DNA from: Nostoc punctiforme PCC 73102
GTDB lineage: Bacteria > Cyanobacteriota > Cyanobacteriia > Cyanobacteriales > Nostocaceae
Length of the DNA stretch: 32,000 nucleotides
NCBI RefSeq assembly: GCF_000020025.1
Contig: NC_010628.1
Span: forward strand, 240,001-272,000
Direction: 5' to 3'
This document shows, piece after piece, positions 27,176 through 32,000 of this stretch (position 1 is its first letter; each line of letters opens with the position of its first letter). Both the position numbers and the translations under genes were made by a program. Below the pieces are notes generated by a model, which did no database searches, was not told the DNA's origin, and saw nothing but the letters and a program-made list of their open reading frames with translations.

Positions 27176-27259
27176 TTTGCCGATGATGCTTTACCAGAGA
27201 ATAAGGCGAAGAGATTACAAGTAGTAGTTGTAAATATTGAAATGTCAAACTCGATATAA
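27176..27259 (+). pseudogene. Remnant of a galT 3' end (last 27 codons plus stop)
   Basis: My hand alignment of 27176-27241 against 22830-22895 is ungapped with 53/66 identities. Both blocks are followed by exactly five codons and a stop. The remnant translates as IFADDALPENKAKRLQVVVVNIEMSNSI stop, against galT MFANDALPEEKAKELQAVVVNIEEPISV stop. An upstream in-frame TGA at 27137-27139 truncates it. Confidence 0.7.
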
Positions 27260-27356
27260 TACCGTACTCACGCTTTTTTCAAACCGTAGACATACGCATA
27301 TAAACACAGATGAATCTCATAATTGTCTGTATTCATCATCTGGTTACTAATTTTGT

Positions 27357-28445
27357 ATGAATGAAGAAGTCTCCAAAAAACTAGAGTTAATCAGGCAAAC
27401 CTTGCGTGAATCTGAAGTGCAAGGCGTGCGTTTGCGTGGTACAGACTGGTTTGCCTGGGCGACGGCTGGCGCTTCTAATACCGTGCTGCTGACTGCTGAA
27501 ACTGGCGTAGCAGAAGTATTAGTAACTACTGAAGATGCTTGGGTATTGACGGATGAAATTGAAGCGCAGCGTCTTAAGGATGAAGAACTGCCTGCTAATT
27601 TTAAGGTGCATATCAACCCTTGGGCTGATGCTGCTGCCCGTGAGTCTTTTGTTCGTGATGCCACTAGCGGCAAAATAGCAATTAGCGATCGCCCCATCTC
27701 CAATTTAGAAAAGCCGTTACCCCCATCTCTGCGAAAACATAAACGGGTAATGATGTCAAGTGAATTAGAGCGATATCGTCAAGTTGGGCAAAAAGCTAGT
27801 CAGGCAATGACAGAGGTACTCAAAGCCGCCAAGCCAACTTGGACAGAATATCAATTAGCGGGTGCGGGTGCAGAGGCTTTATGGGCGAAAGGGTTGCATC
27901 CAGCGCTGACACTGGTAGCGGGTGAGAGGCGTTTACCCTTATACCGTCATGCTACACCCACTGGAGAACAGATTGGACGGCAAGCGATGCTGGTGTTTTG
28001 CGCTAGAGGTTACGGTTTGTATGCAAATCTGACTCGATTTGTTTGTTTTGGTGAGCTTTCAGGCGAACAGGCCGAATTGCATTCCCATGTGCGTGAAATA
28101 GAAGCAGTAGTTTTGAATTTGTGCCAACCCGGAACCAGTCTCAATGCAGTTTATCACGCCCTAGCTCAGGCTTATGAGCAGCATGGATTTCCCAATGCCA
28201 TCCGCGAACACCACCAGGGAGGAACCACTGGATATTTAGCGCGAGAAATCGTCGCAAATCCAACTACTACTGATACTTTGACAGAAGGCATTGCTGTTGC
28301 TTGGAATCCCAGTTTACCGGGGGCAAAGGTTGAAGATACTTTTGTGATTCTCAAGGATGGAAAGTTGGAAAATCTGACTTTCGATCCAAATTTTCCTAGT
28401 GTTGAGGTAGAAGCAAGATTGCGCCCTGTACCTTTGTACAATTAA
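27357..28445 (+). CDS. M24-fold (creatinase/prolidase-like) protein, probably not a canonical metallopeptidase
   Basis: 362 aa with an N-terminal creatinase-like domain and a C-terminal pita-bread region. Matches to PepP-type blocks are [41 protein letters not shown] and [10 protein letters not shown]. Confidence 0.75.
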   Translation: MNEEVSKKLELIRQTLRESEVQGVRLRGTDWFAWATAGASNTVLLTAETGVAEVLVTTEDAWVLTDEIEAQRLKDEELPANFKVHINPWADAAARESFVRDATSGKIAISDRPISNLEKPLPPSLRKHKRVMMSSELERYRQVGQKASQAMTEVLKAAKPTWTEYQLAGAGAEALWAKGLHPALTLVAGERRLPLYRHATPTGEQIGRQAMLVFCARGYGLYANLTRFVCFGELSGEQAELHSHVREIEAVVLNLCQPGTSLNAVYHALAQAYEQHGFPNAIREHHQGGTTGYLAREIVANPTTTDTLTEGIAVAWNPSLPGAKVEDTFVILKDGKLENLTFDPNFPSVEVEARLRPVPLYN

Positions 28446-28450
28446 AAATT

Positions 28451-29533
28451 ATGGATTTTCAACAAGTATTCGGTAAACCACCTGAAACTCAAGCCAGTGC
28501 TCCAGGAAGAGTAAATTTACTAGGCGAACATACCGACTATAACGATGGCTTCGTTCTGCCAACTGCGATTCCTCAATCCACGACGGTACAGCTAGGTTTG
28601 AGTAGCGATAGCCACCATCACTTTTACTCGGAAAATCTGAACGAGCAAGTGAGCATTTTAGATATAAACCATTCCCCGTCTGGATTTGCCAGTTATATTT
28701 TTGGCTGTATTGAAGTTTTACAAAAAGCAGGATACAAAATACCATCACTTTGTGTCTACGTTAAATCATCGGTTCCTATGGGTTCGGGTTTGTCTAGCAG
28801 CGCGGCTTTGGAAGTGGCAACACTTCGGGCAGTACGCCAACTTCTGAACTTTCCCATTGATGATGTTGAAATCGCCCAATTTGCCCAGCAAGCAGAAATT
28901 CACTATGCTGGCGTGCAGTGCGGCATCATGGATCAGATGGCTTCTAGCTTGGCTGATACTGAACATATCTTGTTTTTAGATACTCGGACTTTAAAACGCC
29001 GGGTGATGCCTTTGCCAGACAACGCCGAAATTTTGGTGATTGATAGCGGTGTACCCCGCACCCTGGCAACTAGTGGTTATAATCAGCGTCGGGCTGAATG
29101 TGAGGAGGCGGCGCGATCGCTAGGAGTTAAGGCACTGCGAGATATTACTGATGTTGAAGTAACAGAAAAACTACCCGAACCTCTACGGCGGCGTGCCCGT
29201 CATGTGGTTACAGAAGATAACCGCGTCTTGGAAGTGTTGCAGGGAGTCTCATCTGAGCGCTTTGGTGAATTGATGAACGCATCCCACGCCAGTTTGAGAG
29301 ACGATTACGAAGTATCCGTACCTGCACTGGATACTCTAGTAGAACTGTTGCAAAAAACTCCGGGAGTGTTTGGTGCAAGACTCACAGGTGCGGGTTTTGG
29401 CGGGGCAAGTGTCGCTTTAGTTGTGGCTGGTGAAGCGAGAAGTATTGCAACCCATGTTCTTGAACAATACAAGCAAGCAGGTTACAACGGACAAATTTTG
29501 GTTCCTTCCTTGGAGTTAAGTGATGCAGCCTAA
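28451..29533 (+). CDS. galK: Galactokinase (GHMP kinase)
   Basis: The galactokinase signature [21 protein letters not shown] and the GHMP ATP motif [15 protein letters not shown], followed by [10 protein letters not shown]. Confidence 0.93.
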   Translation: MDFQQVFGKPPETQASAPGRVNLLGEHTDYNDGFVLPTAIPQSTTVQLGLSSDSHHHFYSENLNEQVSILDINHSPSGFASYIFGCIEVLQKAGYKIPSLCVYVKSSVPMGSGLSSSAALEVATLRAVRQLLNFPIDDVEIAQFAQQAEIHYAGVQCGIMDQMASSLADTEHILFLDTRTLKRRVMPLPDNAEILVIDSGVPRTLATSGYNQRRAECEEAARSLGVKALRDITDVEVTEKLPEPLRRRARHVVTEDNRVLEVLQGVSSERFGELMNASHASLRDDYEVSVPALDTLVELLQKTPGVFGARLTGAGFGGASVALVVAGEARSIATHVLEQYKQAGYNGQILVPSLELSDAA

Positions 29534-29909
29534 AGTTGTTTATGGAAATGCAGCCGTTGAAGGTGTAAATCGTTGGGGATGGTTCATGGGTCACTTTATC
29601 ACCCCTGAAGACGATCCACGTTCCACGGAAATGCTAGAAGTAAAATGGGCTGTTCACAAAGCAGGTGACAGTAGAACTGAATGGGCAGTAAACAACCAAG
29701 CTGCTACCCTTTCAATTCTCATTGACGGAGAATTTCGCCTGCAATTTGAAGATAGAGAAATTTTATTATCTCGTGAAGGTGATTATGTTCTTTGGTGTGC
29801 AGGCGTTCCCCATTGGTGGGTTGCTGAGTCCGACTGCACTATTCTGACTGTCAGATGGCCTTCAAAGCCAGGCGATAGTGTTGCATTGCCTGAAGAGTCA
29901 AAGAGTTAG
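29523..29909 (+). CDS. Small cupin-fold protein
   Basis: The ATG overlaps the galK stop by 11 nt. The beta-rich sequence carries a cupin motif-2-like [14 protein letters not shown]. No clear HxH motif 1 is visible. Confidence 0.65.
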   Translation: MQPKVVYGNAAVEGVNRWGWFMGHFITPEDDPRSTEMLEVKWAVHKAGDSRTEWAVNNQAATLSILIDGEFRLQFEDREILLSREGDYVLWCAGVPHWWVAESDCTILTVRWPSKPGDSVALPEESKS

Positions 29910-30074
29910 TTTGCTAAGTAATTAAGCATAAATAATTTTAATTAATTGTTACGGAGAATCGCTATCAGCCACTAATTTGCAAAATAGTGCGTTACTATCG
30001 ACGAGCAATTAAAAAATCCCCTAGAGGTCTGATATTAATACGACTCTAGTTATAAGTTGAAGAGGATAAAAAAG

Positions 30075-30908
30075 ATGGTTCAAAGTATAGGCGGTATAGC
30101 GAAATATTCAGCTACCGACCTAGACCGATTTGCTCAAGAACTGAATAAAGACGGAATTTGTGTCATTCCTGGTGTTTTTGAGCAAAAATTAATTGACGAG
30201 TGGACACAAGCTTTTGAAAAATTATTTCACGAGCGTCAAAATCAACCAGGTGGGTTGGCTCCTCGTGAAATTTCCCGCTACTATCTGACCTTGCCTTGGA
30301 TTTATCCATTCGCTAATGAATTGGTTTTTGCCAACCCAGTGATTATGGGTGTCCTAGAGCGCGTGTTTTTCCAAGAATACGTGATGGTTCAGATGGGGGT
30401 TGATGTCCCATTTCAGGGTTCAGATTATCAGGAGATCCATCGGGATTTTCGCCCATTGTTTAGCGATGGGCTACGCCCCGCCGTAGGCGATCGCATTGTA
30501 ACCCCACTTTACGCCCTAGCAGTTAACTTTCCCCTGGTGGAAGTAACCGCAGAAAACGGCCCGTTCCAAATGGCACGAGGTACTCATGTATTACCGCGAG
30601 AAGAAGGATTAAAGAAGGTTGCTAGTGGTGAAATTCCGATGGAATCCTTTTATATGCAGCCTGGTGACGTGATGGTGCGATCGCCTTTAGCACTGCATCG
30701 GGGTTCCCCAAATCGGACAAACCAGCCAAGACCTATGGTAGTCATGGGCTATGCAATGCATTGGTTGCACACACCAAAAGTAGAATTGACTCTCCAACAA
30801 GACTACTATGAGAGCCTACCGGTGGAGATGAGACAGATGCTGCGGTGTCAGGTAGTTGAACAGTTACCTAAAGAAAAACTTGAAACTTATGTAAATTTCA
30901 AGTATTAG
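30075..30908 (+). CDS. PhyH-family Fe(II)/2-oxoglutarate-dependent dioxygenase
   Basis: An H-x-D facial triad in EIHRDF, then the distal His and Arg in ALHRGSPNRT. Size and layout are typical of phytanoyl-CoA dioxygenase-like proteins. Confidence 0.8.
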   Translation: MVQSIGGIAKYSATDLDRFAQELNKDGICVIPGVFEQKLIDEWTQAFEKLFHERQNQPGGLAPREISRYYLTLPWIYPFANELVFANPVIMGVLERVFFQEYVMVQMGVDVPFQGSDYQEIHRDFRPLFSDGLRPAVGDRIVTPLYALAVNFPLVEVTAENGPFQMARGTHVLPREEGLKKVASGEIPMESFYMQPGDVMVRSPLALHRGSPNRTNQPRPMVVMGYAMHWLHTPKVELTLQQDYYESLPVEMRQMLRCQVVEQLPKEKLETYVNFKY

Positions 30909-30938
30909 TAGTTGAAATTAGTCACTTCTCGCTTTCGT

Positions 30939-30991
30939 GAGGTATAAGGTAGGGACGCACAGATGCACGTCCCTACAAATTTCTGTACCTC
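30939..30991. repeat. Compound hairpin downstream of the dioxygenase
   Basis: Inner 9-bp stem GTAGGGACG (30949-30957) pairs with CGTCCCTAC (30968-30976). Outer stem GAGGTA (30939-30944) pairs with TACCTC (30986-30991). There is no T-run, so this is more likely a dispersed repeat than a classical terminator. Confidence 0.45.
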
Positions 30992-31227
30992 ATGTACTAG
31001 GAACAGCTGATAAATTTATTTTCTCTTTGGTTATAACGATAGTGAAGTTATTGTAACTATTAGTAAATATTAAGCTAGATTGTGCTTTTACTTACCAATT
31101 TTAAGCATTTTTTTAAAACTTTATTAAAAAAGTTATACAACTAGTTCTACCTAAGGATAGGAAATCTCCGAGGAACTGAAAGCTATTATTTTATTAAAAT
31201 AACCTATCAAATAAGGTAAAAATTTTT

Positions 31228-31464
31228 ATGACATCACAAACTCCTCCAGATAGCCGACAAGATGAAGTTAAATACGATCCTCAAGATAACCCTGGAACCC
31301 AAACAACTGTGCCAACTACAGAAGAGGGTGATACTCCTCTTGATGAAAGATATCGGATGACTGGTCAAGAATCAGGTACAGATGTTCATCATGGTGCTGA
31401 ATCTGAAGCACCTGGAGGTGCTAAGTCACCTGGCCATCCTAATCAAGGAACGGACTCTCGTTAA
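31228..31464 (+). CDS. Hypothetical small hydrophilic (disordered) protein, 78 aa
   Basis: ATG ORF rich in T/Q/D/E/G/P. No motif. Confidence 0.35.
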   Translation: MTSQTPPDSRQDEVKYDPQDNPGTQTTVPTTEEGDTPLDERYRMTGQESGTDVHHGAESEAPGGAKSPGHPNQGTDSR

Positions 31465-31667
31465 AAAGGTTCTTGCATCTAATCAAGATGAATGTTCATT
31501 TTTGTCATTGCAAGATTTAATTTTTCTAAAGTTTGCCGCAATTTATCCTAAACTTAGAATCAATCTTTCCAGCTTAAAATTTTTTATCTAAATTTTAAGC
31601 TGGTTCGCTTTATTTGAAAAAACTCCACAGTTTTAATATTTATCAAAAAAAGCAGAGGACAGGAGGC

Positions 31668-31769
31668 AGGAGGCAGAAGAAATACTGCACCAAATTAAAA
31701 ATTTGGTGGCTACCGTTAAGTACAATGCTGAATCCCCTTCTAAGCGGAACCTCCTACTTTCTGCCTCCT
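31668..31769. repeat. Long hairpin of the GGCAGGAGGCAGA family with an inner perfect hairpin
   Basis: AGGAGGCAGA (31668-31677) pairs with TCTGCCTCCT (31760-31769). The inner hairpin is CACCAAATT (31688-31696) with AATTTGGTG (31700-31708). Confidence 0.5.
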
Positions 31770-31867
31770 TAAATTCACCCTTTTGCTGCTACCTTGCTTT
31801 AGTTAACTTTGCTGCTCTAGAATTTATTAACTTCACATTTGGCGATCGCAATATTTACAGAATTGAA

Positions 31868-32000
31868 ATGCAAACTTATACTAATCCAGTCTACAAAGGT
31901 TATTTTGCCGACCCTTTTGTTTGGCAACACGAAGGGGTATATTATGCAATCGGCACTGGCGCAGCAGAAGCAGAAGGAACGGTAGATGAAATACCGGATG
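31868..32000 (+). CDS. N-terminus of a probable GH43-like glycoside hydrolase (continues beyond the window)
   Basis: MQTYTNPVYKGYFADPFVWQHEGVYYAIGTG matches the N-P-[VI]...ADP-x-[VI]...YY...[GT]T N-terminal pattern of five-bladed propeller GH43-type enzymes. Only 44 codons are visible. Confidence 0.5.
   Translation, partial: MQTYTNPVYKGYFADPFVWQHEGVYYAIGTGAAEAEGTVDEIPD

Noticed and set aside
28449-28748. 99-aa minus-strand ORF overlapping the galK start, and 28172-28441 opposite the M24-like gene
   Set aside because: Both are antisense to genes with clear family motifs and have no features of their own.
1-32000. CRISPR arrays, rRNA/tRNA genes, defence or toxin-antitoxin modules
   Set aside because: There are no regularly spaced direct repeats (the only tandem repeat is 2 x 35 bp at 15143-15212). 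I also found no cas-like, nuclease/methylase or small paired-ORF architecture on either strand.

Overview
Chromosomal segment from a filamentous, Nostoc-type cyanobacterium. I count about 30 copies of the HIP1 octamer GCGATCGC by eye, where roughly 0.5 would be expected by chance, and many intergenic regions carry purine-arm/pyrimidine-arm hairpin repeats. The 98-aa plus 75-aa pentapeptide pair matches what I remember as Np275/Np276 of Nostoc punctiforme. The content is mostly housekeeping and accessory metabolism: a partial aspartate-type aminotransferase, class I FBP aldolase (FbaB type), an M48 peptidase, TxlA-like thioredoxin, cyanophycinase, Hsp20, three SDR oxidoreductases (one fused to a duplicated DehI-like dehalogenase domain), a PEBP protein and a stand-alone psaB paralog. 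There is also a galactose (Leloir) cluster: GH2 hydrolase, galT, an M24-fold protein, galK, a cupin, a PhyH dioxygenase and the start of a GH43-like gene. The window has unusually many inactivated genes. An RNase T2 gene is split by a 1643-bp IS with a perfect 9-bp target duplication, and that IS carries a transposase with at least four frameshifts. A pentapeptide gene and a type I mannose-6-phosphate isomerase are each interrupted by a single in-frame TAG. A diverged in-frame copy of the galT 3' end lies 4.3 kb downstream of the intact galT, so the psaB-containing segment appears to split an ancestral galT-galK operon. I found no tRNA, rRNA or CRISPR array and no recognisable defence or toxin system. 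No database search was possible, so every family assignment rests on motifs read from the translations.
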